Virus record (IMG/VR): IMGVR_UViG_3300020478_000003
Coordinates: 1 to 64,000 of that record
Reading direction: 5' to 3' (one strand)
Length of the DNA: 64,000 nt
Origin: a virus
The notes below the pieces were generated by a model. The model saw nothing but the letters and a program-made list of their open reading frames with translations, did not search any database and was not told where the DNA came from. The position numbers and the translations under genes are program-made. Positions 19,001-27,526 of this stretch are shown here, one piece after another (positions within the stretch are counted from its first letter, which is position 1; each line of letters starts with the position of its first letter).

Positions 19001-20442
19001 TGACAGATATGCCGGTGTTTAGTTCTCCTGGATATCCCTATCCTGGTGGTTCTCACCCGCACTTTCATAATAATTCAATAGTTGGTCCATTCGCTTGGAA
19101 TAATCAAATTGATTATGCACACGGATTGAATGTTACAGAAGCAATGCAATTAATAGATGGTATAGTTTCTTCAGTTAAAATTTACGATTCGATTGAAGGT
19201 GCTCACTTTCACGAATATACAATAATGTGGAATGATTCGACTGATAAATTTTATGTCGATAATTCTATTACTTGGATTAGGGGTGGAATTGAAGATGCTA
19301 GTCAGGATCCGACAAAATATTATGTGTCTGTAGTTGAAAATCCTTCTGAAGGACTTCATTGGCACAACTTAGTGATTGATTGGAATCCACTTGATACAGA
19401 TCCTCCACATATGGAAGGTGGAGCAATCTATATAACTAAAATTGAACCGGTTGATGAAGTTCTTACTTCTCAGCCCAATGTTGTTACCGAAGTTACTTCT
19501 ACGGCATTAAATCCTGTTACTACATCTTATCCAGATACGCCAAATCCTGGTGATACCACGATAATAATTCAGTATCAAGATTTAGTTACTACTACGGTCA
19601 CCACTACTACACAGATTACAACCACTACTACGACCACTACATATTATTCAGATTATAGTACAAATGTGGTTGTTGGATCGCCAGTAACGACTTATGATGT
19701 TCAAACAAGTGTTTCAACACAAACAGTAGAGGATATGGATGAAAGGAAGACATATATAAACACAGTTCTTCAAGCAAATAATCCACCAATTCTTTATATT
19801 CAACCTTCATTTATTGAAGGAGAAGGCTCTCACGATCACTTATTGTATGAGGACTGCGAACTTGATACCACTGGTCCATACGCAGGTAGAATGTGCGAAC
19901 CTATTACGCTTGCTCAGGCGAATGAATTAATTAATGAGCAAAATGCGAATTATGGAATAATATTTTATGATTCGCCTAATGGAGCAGATAACCATTATCA
20001 CGCATATACGATTAAATTTAATCCATTTGCGGGAACGGATGGCGAATTTGAAGTAGATGGAATTGGTCAATATGACCAAATTTACGGATCAGGAACTACT
20101 ATTCATACTTTTAAGTTGTCTGGTGGGTATCACGATCACGATTATTGGATGACTGTGGCAGATTATACTTCTCTTTTGACGGGTACTCATATAGTTACAC
20201 CACAAAGAGATTCCACTCACGCCAGTTCATATACTCACGAATTAACGCTTTCGTGGAATGGTAGTACGTATAATATAGAAAATCAGACAAGTGATTATGA
20301 TAATCACGATACAATTAGTTATACAGGTGCTGTAGCCCAAGGAGGACAATGGGTTCAGAATACAGATGGAGGTGGAGTTGGAGATCACGTTCACTCAGTA
20401 ACGATTGATGATTCATCCGTCTGGCCGGTAGATCCTGATTGA
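13096..20442 (+). CDS. gp7: Baseplate wedge initiator gp7, greatly extended with a GSDH-like beta-propeller, HxH modules and a Cys mini-domain
   Basis: N-terminal P.YVR.DHP.F..FL..YFEYLE and Y..KGT..A..FLFR, plus QDNDYYQDFSYV.KS...K.LVHPVG...F, are gp7 motifs of marine T4-likes. Lies between gp6 and gp8. Confidence 0.8.
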   Translation: MAQKDNFTTHPAKFLSLFVERMVPDYVREDHPMFITFLRKYFEYLERETDANGELGEYRQITDLIQNLDVDHALDSFIPEFEKQYLHGTPHTAVDPTIDTTDKAFLTKNIQPIYRQKGTTNALNFLFRRDFDSSVETIYPKQWMWRASGSVWYEPEWITILTDKETEDSNSPYYGETENVVVPETVKSLYNKKIVGQTSGATAFVDMPEDVTVSTYEKLLLTEVNGVFLKDEEVWEDIGTQLNVVPFKARIISEGIRTEGECIINGHTWQDKWMHVTGHPNEVPVLFEKPLITGLTSGATAQIKGLDVDYTKINLLNVNLDFQEGEYIVNTLAYQYDSSYPGDAPVQSFCTVSPDWPADPITQYSPFDNMIDCQAALHPEGNESASPYFGEPAFLEWYPVLELTTGIQTVENTILQNITEPPETREACDALLDSVAQPNVKTAVWKTNGYWLDSAGFLSSDRKMQDNDYYQDFSYVVKSSVPVQAYREVLKKLVHPVGLKLFAEFSYDSNVDLVVEMPTDYVKWFITIFSYLDVAMDIWDAESEQHGTLGHAHTGFELFLETGFDEYVVEVLKSLEVRSGLVGSEEWDNPSDHFSVNWQIDGGRIGSRIQEKLYTISWINDEVKIGLAAIPHTTVLDFTQHLLVLPIKEFPPSVQEMEIYDARGNEADGRMISCSVWELTVQKALQRFISWLEAFIPEAEYAPEKSYGHFETYREDTIVHKVYGMTNDVIDSVQVGTFENAAHIIHNHGRKNGFAPVVDTKLTKGQTAPDLSVGAAAFHVHEFEDPVCSDTQYTDKASCETAGETWGYVEIKNLIVHGKTATTAPMTVQQARDLVNRDAFEIPKFFADKHTTAFFPEATNHVHFFEEGEIVDRQRGRVANCLRREEARDLIDGNIASVTLYDNIGKLQDSQDPIEDAQGVHQGGTIENGTGGVMTAHYHEYTVTYDSNWENGTDFQGNPLTHGFVYTPVATWVCFNFHPELGVGGNNLWVDELQTYWEQNVFAVVDDATMQTLLGEPSFTFHHPQVWSPTLNPNVDWVELYSSNFIQSVPGSGDTGDLVGSALITDQVTDIATIVAYPMDPDVVAIVDQSGIINLLDTTTGVVSLFFDLTNLNLTIGLGPFGAYDERGCLGLAWHPDYANNGKFYVYYMTEQGPATGAYGYPLSTTIISEFTANVATNAVDPASERILLTIPQPDMNHNGGQLAFGPDDMLYIGLGDGGSAGDTSSSSGHGGHGLYGNAQNPSNLLGTILRIDPAEDTVAGTPYTIPADNPFKETPRLYGDTGLVYFKEEIWAYGLRNPWRFSFDTQGRLWCADVGQNMWEEINIIEKGGNYGWRVIEGYHNYEQDQAIIDQIALDLQYANTNEFLNDLKHPIHEYSHGIGISIVSGFVYRGTALDGMLGKYIFGDWSKTWSGTSGHIYSLEENPEGLTAYFDITPNAVNGANHSHTCELSPAQVASLQANPGSTVFVVQSDNTHAEHYTHTFEIMWNSQFNQWNLVSQTNLENHDVFTFREYSDTPGWTRKALSFWDPVSEIVTLTTHDRSLLTIGEDTNGEIYLSTRVGIDSYQGTGPNNTSIYKLTETFDSSTETPAQSQIPAGEMAHVHGYRIEYDAAAETFTAQEISDIEMTVWDAFYPVWTYNDPVSHLHPVTVSWIPSFDEEIQIGSSGGWHYNTNKVPPVWEPYDIGADTPWQAQVDEEDVTTYIETAPIVEILGANEYGQTSHIHYFDGSELDTFGPNSDRLAMPITRIEAEQLANGIIAEKIVFCSIANSGLHEHYHKYSITYNTATKQFQADEIEELWDTQGTGQWTPVDEINKTHEHPIAVNGIMTHLGWNGQPLYNAPDITLSHAHDWDELQGSEADHLHSFNGTYLDTIGANAGRQSLALDDNQTTDLINGDIDSVKLYTSIATGDHYHAVTVTYDENNLAFIATDVEKWSSADGLQFYLEDPRTHAHPTNVQGLASQPGFNEMMTDMPVFSSPGYPYPGGSHPHFHNNSIVGPFAWNNQIDYAHGLNVTEAMQLIDGIVSSVKIYDSIEGAHFHEYTIMWNDSTDKFYVDNSITWIRGGIEDASQDPTKYYVSVVENPSEGLHWHNLVIDWNPLDTDPPHMEGGAIYITKIEPVDEVLTSQPNVVTEVTSTALNPVTTSYPDTPNPGDTTIIIQYQDLVTTTVTTTTQITTTTTTTTYYSDYSTNVVVGSPVTTYDVQTSVSTQTVEDMDERKTYINTVLQANNPPILYIQPSFIEGEGSHDHLLYEDCELDTTGPYAGRMCEPITLAQANELINEQNANYGIIFYDSPNGADNHYHAYTIKFNPFAGTDGEFEVDGIGQYDQIYGSGTTIHTFKLSGGYHDHDYWMTVADYTSLLTGTHIVTPQRDSTHASSYTHELTLSWNGSTYNIENQTSDYDNHDTISYTGAVAQGGQWVQNTDGGGVGDHVHSVTIDDSSVWPVDPD

Positions 20443-20479
20443 TCCATATAAACAATGGTGAGATTTTTAACTAAGGTAG

Positions 20480-20487
20480 TATAAATA
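20480..20487 (+). promoter_or_regulatory. T4-type late promoter
   Basis: TATAAATA upstream of gp8. Confidence 0.75.
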
Positions 20488-20540
20488 GTTCTGATTAATT
20501 AATCACAACTAATACTTGAATAATTTTAAGGAGTAATCAA

Positions 20541-21551
20541 ATGGGTGCAATTGTAACCAGTAAATTCAGAACACAGAACTTGATGGTTTTCATCGACCAG
20601 TTCAAAACTACTGGTTCTGTTGATGACAACTTCCTGTATCTCGGGTTCGGACGATCTGACGTGTGGCCGGATGATGCTCAAGGAAATGACGAGAGTTCAG
20701 GTAATTTTACATTACCTGATCCATTAGATGAGGATGAATCTCAGTATTGGGCTGACATTGTTGGCGCAAAACGAATTCAGGATGATGATATTTCTCCAGT
20801 ACTTCCCCGTATTGACTGGGATACAGGAGATACTATCGCATTTGATGGTGATGCCGCGGCAGGTATCACTGGAATCGCTGAGCCTGGTCGTTCATTCGTA
20901 TCAAAAGTAGGATATCATTCTGTAGTAATGAATTCCGAATATCGAGTTTATATGTGTGCAGGAGAACCATCTCTAGGAAAATGCTACGTTGGTGGTGTTT
21001 GGGATGGTGGAACCGCAGCCTCAAGAGCAGTTTGTGAAGCAACTTCTGGTGGACTTTGGCTACCTCAGGGTGCTACTGAAGAACCTTCAGGATTCACAGG
21101 AGATGCCGCAGGATTGACCGCACAGAACATATTGACTTCTGACAACTACGTTTGGACATTCCTGTATAAACTGGAATTGAACGATATCATTAACTCAACT
21201 ACAAACGACTGGATGCCAGTAATATCAGGTAGTGGAGTTTTAGCAGGATCAGAACAATCTGATTTCGGAGATGTAGATGCTATATTTACAGCAAAAACTC
21301 ACCACGGCCTTATTCACGTTAGATTAGAAACTGCTGACGGATTTCCCGAAAATGATGACTTTAGACAAATTGGTCTATTGCGTAATCCCGAACTAGCTGG
21401 AGGCGGAACGAAAGCCCAGGCGGCTGTATATGCTGATGCTGATGTCAGTTTGGAAACAGATAGTGGACAGTTAATCTATCTAGAAAACAGGCGTGCGATT
21501 ACTCGTGCTTCTGACCAGATTGAAGATTTAAAACTCGTAGTAGAATTCTAA
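20541..21551 (+). CDS. gp8: Baseplate wedge subunit gp8
   Basis: AIVT.KFR, YL.FGR...W, PR.DW..G, V.NSEYRVY.C, D.YVW.FLY, DFRQIGL..NP and YLENR..I.RASDQ.EDLKLV.EF. Confidence 0.92.
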   Translation: MGAIVTSKFRTQNLMVFIDQFKTTGSVDDNFLYLGFGRSDVWPDDAQGNDESSGNFTLPDPLDEDESQYWADIVGAKRIQDDDISPVLPRIDWDTGDTIAFDGDAAAGITGIAEPGRSFVSKVGYHSVVMNSEYRVYMCAGEPSLGKCYVGGVWDGGTAASRAVCEATSGGLWLPQGATEEPSGFTGDAAGLTAQNILTSDNYVWTFLYKLELNDIINSTTNDWMPVISGSGVLAGSEQSDFGDVDAIFTAKTHHGLIHVRLETADGFPENDDFRQIGLLRNPELAGGGTKAQAAVYADADVSLETDSGQLIYLENRRAITRASDQIEDLKLVVEF

Positions 21552-21577
21552 AATCTATTTTTAGAATTAGAAATATA

Positions 21578-21597
21578 TCCCTCCCAAAGGGGAGGGA
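21578..21597 (+). terminator. GC-rich intergenic hairpin (possible terminator or processing site)
   Basis: TCCCTCCC-AAAG-GGGAGGGA after the gp8 stop; no clear U-tract. Confidence 0.4.
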
Positions 21598-21629
21598 ATA
21601 TAATGCGAATATTTTTAGGATAATAGCGA

Positions 21630-24600
21630 ATGGCATATAATTTCAATACATCTCCATATTATGATGATTTTAATCCAGATGATAGATTTTTAAAAATCTT
21701 ATTCAATCCTGGACGTGCAGTTCAAGCAAGAGAATTAACACAAATACAATCCATTCTTCAGCACCAAATGTCGGCTGCGGCTAATCACATTTGGAAGAAT
21801 GGAGCTCCCGTTGTAGGTGGAGGAATTAGTATAGCTAAACGACCTTATATGGCTCTTGCTACCGCAGATGGAACTTGGTTAAACCGTATTGTATATGGAG
21901 AAAACTCTTTAGCGGTTGCTGTCATTGATCAATTACACGATGATGAAACCCAGCCTGTCTATTATTACAGAGCCCTTTCCGGAGAATTTGAAGCTAACGA
22001 AAATCTATTCACATACGATACAGTTTGTGATGGTGGTTTCGATGTTAATGGAAATTGTATTGATAACTCTTGGTACGACCCTACAATGTTGTACAAAGCT
22101 GGAGTTATTACTTCTGTAGGAAAAGCACTAGAAGGAAAAGTTGAAGCTGGAGTTTATTGGCTTGATGGTTTCTTCACCCCGGTGCTTCCTCAAACTATTT
22201 TTCTAGATGATCTATCCCCTACTCCTACTTGTAAGTTAGGATTCGATATTGAAGAAGTTATCGTAGAGTCAACTACGGATCCACGACTTCTTGATCCAGC
22301 TTCCGGATTTTACAATCAGAATGCTCCTGGCGGAGACAGATATCAAAAAACTATGACCCTTTGTAAGGAAACAGACTCAGGAGAGTCTAACAAATGGATG
22401 TGGATGATGGATGTCAATGCTGGAAAAATAATCCAGAAATATCAATCTACTGATTATTCATTGCTATCTACGGAGATGGCAAAACGTACATTTGACGAAT
22501 CGGGCAACTATACTATAAATCCATTTCCAATCGAAAAGAAACCGGGATTGACTGCGGATCAATATGGAATAAAAGTTGAACCCAGTAAAGCATACATAAA
22601 TGGATTTGAACACGAATTAATTTCTCCTATAACGATTTACGCTGACCGAGCCCGAACAACTCGCCATATAGCGAATGACCGCATTACTCCTGAATTTGGT
22701 CCATATTTTGAAGTAGAAACAGTAGACGACCTGCACGGTGTTTTTAATGTTGTAAATAAAGAATATGTTATATTTGTTACTGATGTTAACCACGATATTA
22801 CTAATACAACTCCTTCCACTATAGGTGTACATAAACGTATTACTCACGTTACGAATGCACTCTTATCTGGTACTAATATAATGGGATATAGAATATATCT
22901 CGAAGATAACATCGGATTAGATGCTGTAGCACCTGCACGATGGATTGTTTCGGAAACTAATGTTGGAGTATACGCAAAACTTTATCGACCTCTAGGACAC
23001 GCAGTATCAAAAGGAGTACATTATCCTTGGTTGTTTAGAACGCACGATATAACTTCAGCATTGACTCTAGGACAGATAACATACACGACCCAAAAGAATT
23101 CTACAGCAACATTAACTGGTGGTGTTGCTTCAGTTCCTGCAGTATTTAACGATATGCACTGGCAAAACATCTTATATATTTGGGATGATACTGCGGATGC
23201 ACTTATACCACAAAACGGAACTGTCGCCTCTGGTGATACTTGGGTTGCCGACTTATCAGGAAACACAACCGCACTTATTACAATTATAGATCAAGTATCT
23301 GGTAACGTATCTACAAACTTGTCAGGACGAACTATTTCGATTATGGCAAATATGTATATGAGTAATGCTTCTTGGAGAGCAGTATCTTTTGATACAACTA
23401 CTGCGGACTTTACTCTTGCGAATGAAAAATTGCCTATTCCTATAGCAGTAACAGAAGTAACTCAAATTATTGCTCCTGATACCACAGATGTAACTTCTTC
23501 ATTTACTTTTACCAAGGGAGATACTGATACGACTTATCATATGGCGAATCTTGAGTGGACTGACGAGGTTAATGCAAGTCAACCAGGTACTTATTCAGTA
23601 ACATACTCTGCATTTACTCACGGAAATATTACAACCGCAACATATTTTGCGGTAAACTCATATACTGATGCTGGTATTCTTTATGATGATGTTCCAGGAT
23701 ATGTTACATCCATAAACGAAAATCGTTCACTTCAAGATGAGATAGACTTTAGAGCATCGGAAGCTGATTACGCAGTAGGTACATATTTACCTCTACCTGA
23801 ATCAAATCTTTCAGTTTCTTATGATTATTATCTTGGACGAAGAGATAGAATAACAATTAACGATGACGGAAAAATTCAAATTAAACAAGGCTTCCCTTCA
23901 GAAGATCCAATGCTTCCAACAGAAGAATTGAATGAAATGACCTTGTATAATTTGTTTATACCTCCATATACCTTTAATCATAAAAATATTAATGTATCTC
24001 ACGTGGAACAAAAGCGTTTCACAATGCAAGATATTAGAGGTATAGAAGGACGACTTGAAAATTTAGAATATTATACTTCATTAAGTCTTCTAGAAAAATC
24101 TACTGCCGATATGCAGGTTGAAGATGAAAACGGATTACAAAGATATAAAAATGGTATTTTAGTAGACTCATTCACCGATCACGGTATTGGGGATGTAAAT
24201 GACGAAGCATATTACTGTACAATTTATCCTGAAGCGAGAATTTGTACTGTACCTTATGAAATGTATGGTCTAGATTGTGAACCTGGAGTAACTTCAGGTG
24301 TTGTACATAATAATTTAACATACACTTTAAACTATAATGTTGAAGAGGCGTGGATAAAACAAGATCACGGAACACAAGTTCTAAACTTGAATCCATTTGC
24401 AAGAAAATCTTGGGTCGGTTTTGCTACATTAACTCCTTCTACTGATACGTGGTTTGAAGAAACATATATGCCTGATGTTATTATTCAAAACAAAAATAAT
24501 AATGCTGTGGTAGAGGCAGTAGAACAATACGGAACACAAACAAGATGGAATGCTTGGGAGACAACTTGGTCTGGATTTAAAGATAAGGGTGGTAGAGATA

Positions 24601-27068
24601 ATGTTCAAACTGGACGAGAAGTAACCTTCAGTTCTAACGCACAAAGTGGATTTGGTGGAACCAGTATGGCTCGTGCTTTTGAAACTGGACGAGGAGGAAC
24701 AGTCAATATGGGCTTTCGTTCAAGACAAAGACAAGTTTGGAGACAAATTGTTACCACAGAAACTTGGGACCAACAGCAACAAAAAACGACTAATCAAGTT
24801 CGATCTGGAGAAAGATCCCATATGGAAATCAAGGATGTTCGTACAGAAGTTGGCGACCGTTCAGTAGATGTTTCGGCTATTCCTTGGATGAGATCGGTTC
24901 CTGTGTCTATCGATGTAGACAAATTGCGCCCAAATACTCATATGCACTTTCAATTTGATGAAGTGGATGTAGATGCTTATATTACTCCTGAAGGTGGATC
25001 ACAAGGCGATCCAGTAATAACTGATAATGTGGGTAAAATAAGAAATGCTGTATTCCAGATTCCTGCAGAAGGTCCAGATGGAATTCGATTCAGAACAGGT
25101 ATGAAAATACTTGCAATGAAAGATAATTTTGAGGACTTTGATGCGATGACTACACAAGCGGTAGCTACTTTCACCTCTAAAGGAACTCTTGATACACGCC
25201 AAAAAGATATACTGTCTACGTTTGAAAGTTACAGAGTAACCGAAACTCTTCAAGAGGATCGCACAGTTTTAGGAGAAACACGAACAGTTTCAAGAAGTCA
25301 AGAAACAGGAAGATCCAGAACAGAAAGAAATATTACCGAGTGGTATGATCCAGTAGCAGAATCATTTCTTATATCTGGATCTGATGGTGGAGCATTTATA
25401 CATTCAATTGATTTGTATTTTTACTCAAAAGATGATGAATCTACTCCAGTTCGATTAGAAGTTCGACCAATGGTAAATGGATATCCTACAGCAGTACCGA
25501 TACCCAATGCAACCGTTATGTTATATCCTGAAGATGTGTCTGTTTCTACAAATGGTTCAGTAAGCACGAGATTTACATTTGCCGATCCTGTTTATTTAAT
25601 GGATGGAACTGAATATTGTTTTGTTGTTATATCTGATTCACTCTTATATAACTTGTGGATTTCAGAATTAGGAGAAGTTGACTTACTTACTGGTGATTAT
25701 GTTTCGGAGCAACCTTATCTTGGTTCGATGTTTACTTCTCAGAATAATACGACTTGGACTCCAGAACAGTTAATGGATGTTAAGTTCAGAATGAATAGAT
25801 GTCAATTTGATCCTTCTGGAACAATACAAATTAACCTGAAAGAATTCGCTGGAACTAAAGAAGTTGCCTCATTTACACCAAACTTTCAACCAATGGTTCT
25901 ATCAGGAACTACATTGGATATGGAAGTAATTGTAAATGGTGATACAAATGATATTCATTATGGTATTCAAGATAACGAAGAAGTCATACTAGAAGAAGTT
26001 GCGATACTTGATGGTACTCAAACTATCAATGCTGGTTATCAATATACTCCAATATCATATACTGTAGCTTTAGGTACACAAAATCCTAATATTTCTCCTG
26101 TTCTTAACAAAGAAAGACTATCGACTATAGCGATTAATAATATTATATGGGATACGGCTCCTACTGAAAAGAATCAAATGGGCATCTATCAGTCTAAAGA
26201 TGTTAAATTAGCTAATGAGGCTGATGATTTGAAAATGTTTTTGAGTGTTCAAGAGGTTAATGAGACATACGTAAAAGTATATTACGATACTGGTACAGTA
26301 ACGCCAAGACATATTACAGTACAACCATATGCAAATACCGTGACACACGGTGATTATAACGTAAATGATTTTGAAGAATATTACGCATATATTTATCCTG
26401 CAGGTGCTTATAGCCCTGAATCACACATAACAAACCAGGGTGCAGGTATTGCCGCGTGGAATGGAATTATTGATGCTCCTGGAATGGGACCCACAGCATA
26501 CGTTTCTACAGCATATGTAGATGGAGATGATGATCCTCTCAATCTCACTACAATGAGTTTGGTAGATATAAGCAATATGAAAGATATTAAACAAACTTGT
26601 TTTATTTGTACTGAAGATTTATCCGGGGTGGGTGCCGATACTACTTCTGCAGGAACTGGAACAGATTTAACCGAATATGAAGTTGATGATATTTGGTTTG
26701 GAAGTTGGGATAATGATTTGGATAGAAAATTTTATAAGAAGATTCTGAAGCCTGATGGAACTTATGATAAAGAAGAAGTACCTATTTTAGAAATAGACAG
26801 TCAAGTACCCGCAGAACATCCAGATTTTCCTGATGGTCTTGCTGTTATTGAAGGAGAATCGATTACTTGGAGAGAAATGAAAGACGGAGGAGTTGAAATT
26901 ACTAATACTTCCGTAACTACTGATATGGAATTTATTGAACATACTTTTACTCCATTGAAGAAAATTACTAAACCTTTCGATCACTTTAGAGTGAAAATAG
27001 AATTGCATACTACTCATCGGTGCTCTCTACCAGCAATTAGAGAGATGAGAGTATTAGCAGTAACATAG
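21630..27068 (+). CDS. Large virion structural protein (DUF4815/VrlC-like family of marine T4-likes)
   Basis: N..PYYDDF....F.KILF.PG.AVQARELTQ.QSILQ, APG.DR, RTFDESG.Y, TM.DI..IE.R..NLEYYTSLSLLE, DP.A.SF and GS.F.SQN..TW...Q..D.KF. Confidence 0.85.
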   Translation: MAYNFNTSPYYDDFNPDDRFLKILFNPGRAVQARELTQIQSILQHQMSAAANHIWKNGAPVVGGGISIAKRPYMALATADGTWLNRIVYGENSLAVAVIDQLHDDETQPVYYYRALSGEFEANENLFTYDTVCDGGFDVNGNCIDNSWYDPTMLYKAGVITSVGKALEGKVEAGVYWLDGFFTPVLPQTIFLDDLSPTPTCKLGFDIEEVIVESTTDPRLLDPASGFYNQNAPGGDRYQKTMTLCKETDSGESNKWMWMMDVNAGKIIQKYQSTDYSLLSTEMAKRTFDESGNYTINPFPIEKKPGLTADQYGIKVEPSKAYINGFEHELISPITIYADRARTTRHIANDRITPEFGPYFEVETVDDLHGVFNVVNKEYVIFVTDVNHDITNTTPSTIGVHKRITHVTNALLSGTNIMGYRIYLEDNIGLDAVAPARWIVSETNVGVYAKLYRPLGHAVSKGVHYPWLFRTHDITSALTLGQITYTTQKNSTATLTGGVASVPAVFNDMHWQNILYIWDDTADALIPQNGTVASGDTWVADLSGNTTALITIIDQVSGNVSTNLSGRTISIMANMYMSNASWRAVSFDTTTADFTLANEKLPIPIAVTEVTQIIAPDTTDVTSSFTFTKGDTDTTYHMANLEWTDEVNASQPGTYSVTYSAFTHGNITTATYFAVNSYTDAGILYDDVPGYVTSINENRSLQDEIDFRASEADYAVGTYLPLPESNLSVSYDYYLGRRDRITINDDGKIQIKQGFPSEDPMLPTEELNEMTLYNLFIPPYTFNHKNINVSHVEQKRFTMQDIRGIEGRLENLEYYTSLSLLEKSTADMQVEDENGLQRYKNGILVDSFTDHGIGDVNDEAYYCTIYPEARICTVPYEMYGLDCEPGVTSGVVHNNLTYTLNYNVEEAWIKQDHGTQVLNLNPFARKSWVGFATLTPSTDTWFEETYMPDVIIQNKNNNAVVEAVEQYGTQTRWNAWETTWSGFKDKGGRDNVQTGREVTFSSNAQSGFGGTSMARAFETGRGGTVNMGFRSRQRQVWRQIVTTETWDQQQQKTTNQVRSGERSHMEIKDVRTEVGDRSVDVSAIPWMRSVPVSIDVDKLRPNTHMHFQFDEVDVDAYITPEGGSQGDPVITDNVGKIRNAVFQIPAEGPDGIRFRTGMKILAMKDNFEDFDAMTTQAVATFTSKGTLDTRQKDILSTFESYRVTETLQEDRTVLGETRTVSRSQETGRSRTERNITEWYDPVAESFLISGSDGGAFIHSIDLYFYSKDDESTPVRLEVRPMVNGYPTAVPIPNATVMLYPEDVSVSTNGSVSTRFTFADPVYLMDGTEYCFVVISDSLLYNLWISELGEVDLLTGDYVSEQPYLGSMFTSQNNTTWTPEQLMDVKFRMNRCQFDPSGTIQINLKEFAGTKEVASFTPNFQPMVLSGTTLDMEVIVNGDTNDIHYGIQDNEEVILEEVAILDGTQTINAGYQYTPISYTVALGTQNPNISPVLNKERLSTIAINNIIWDTAPTEKNQMGIYQSKDVKLANEADDLKMFLSVQEVNETYVKVYYDTGTVTPRHITVQPYANTVTHGDYNVNDFEEYYAYIYPAGAYSPESHITNQGAGIAAWNGIIDAPGMGPTAYVSTAYVDGDDDPLNLTTMSLVDISNMKDIKQTCFICTEDLSGVGADTTSAGTGTDLTEYEVDDIWFGSWDNDLDRKFYKKILKPDGTYDKEEVPILEIDSQVPAEHPDFPDGLAVIEGESITWREMKDGGVEITNTSVTTDMEFIEHTFTPLKKITKPFDHFRVKIELHTTHRCSLPAIREMRVLAVT

Positions 27069-27078
27069 GAAATAAATA

Positions 27079-27294
27079 ATGGCTAAAATACCCGCATACG
27101 AAAAAGACGAAGAAACTGGTGCTGTAATATTCAAAGATGCTACTGCCCTTGCCGCAAGAAGAAAAGTTATTGAAGCAAACAAACTGAAGGCAAAAGCAGA
27201 GAAAGACAAGAAACTTAGTATAAATAGTATGAAGAGGGAAATAAAAGACCTCAAAAAACTTGTATACGATTTGCTTGAAGAGAAAGCGGGGTAA
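27079..27294 (+). CDS. Small conserved coiled-coil protein of T4-like virion regions
   Basis: KD..TGAVI motif followed by a coiled coil; AGGA RBS. Confidence 0.75.
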   Translation: MAKIPAYEKDEETGAVIFKDATALAARRKVIEANKLKAKAEKDKKLSINSMKREIKDLKKLVYDLLEEKAG

Positions 27295-27297
27295 TGA

Positions 27298-27510
27298 ATG
27301 GCACAACAAGGTTATGAAATAGGTCAGACGGAGATACCATTTGTAAGAAAGGATGAAACCTTTAAAAAGTGGAGAGAACGTACTAATCAAATGATACAGC
27401 AACAAAATAATTTTGTCCGCTTGCAAGAATTACATATGTTGGGAGTTGCCGATCCGTTTGTAACTACATCAATGCAACTAAATTATCAAAGCGAAATGTT
27501 GGATCAGTAA
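27298..27510 (+). CDS. Small virion protein with a fibre/gp9-like N-terminal anchor motif
   Basis: V..DETF..WR..TN motif; TATAAATA at 27219-27226 upstream. Confidence 0.6.
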   Translation: MAQQGYEIGQTEIPFVRKDETFKKWRERTNQMIQQQNNFVRLQELHMLGVADPFVTTSMQLNYQSEMLDQ

Positions 27511-27526
27511 ATATAGGAAATAAAAA

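Noticed and set aside
19560-19740. Thr-rich low-complexity tract in gp7
   Set aside because: It is a simple linker or long beta-hairpin, not a DNA element.
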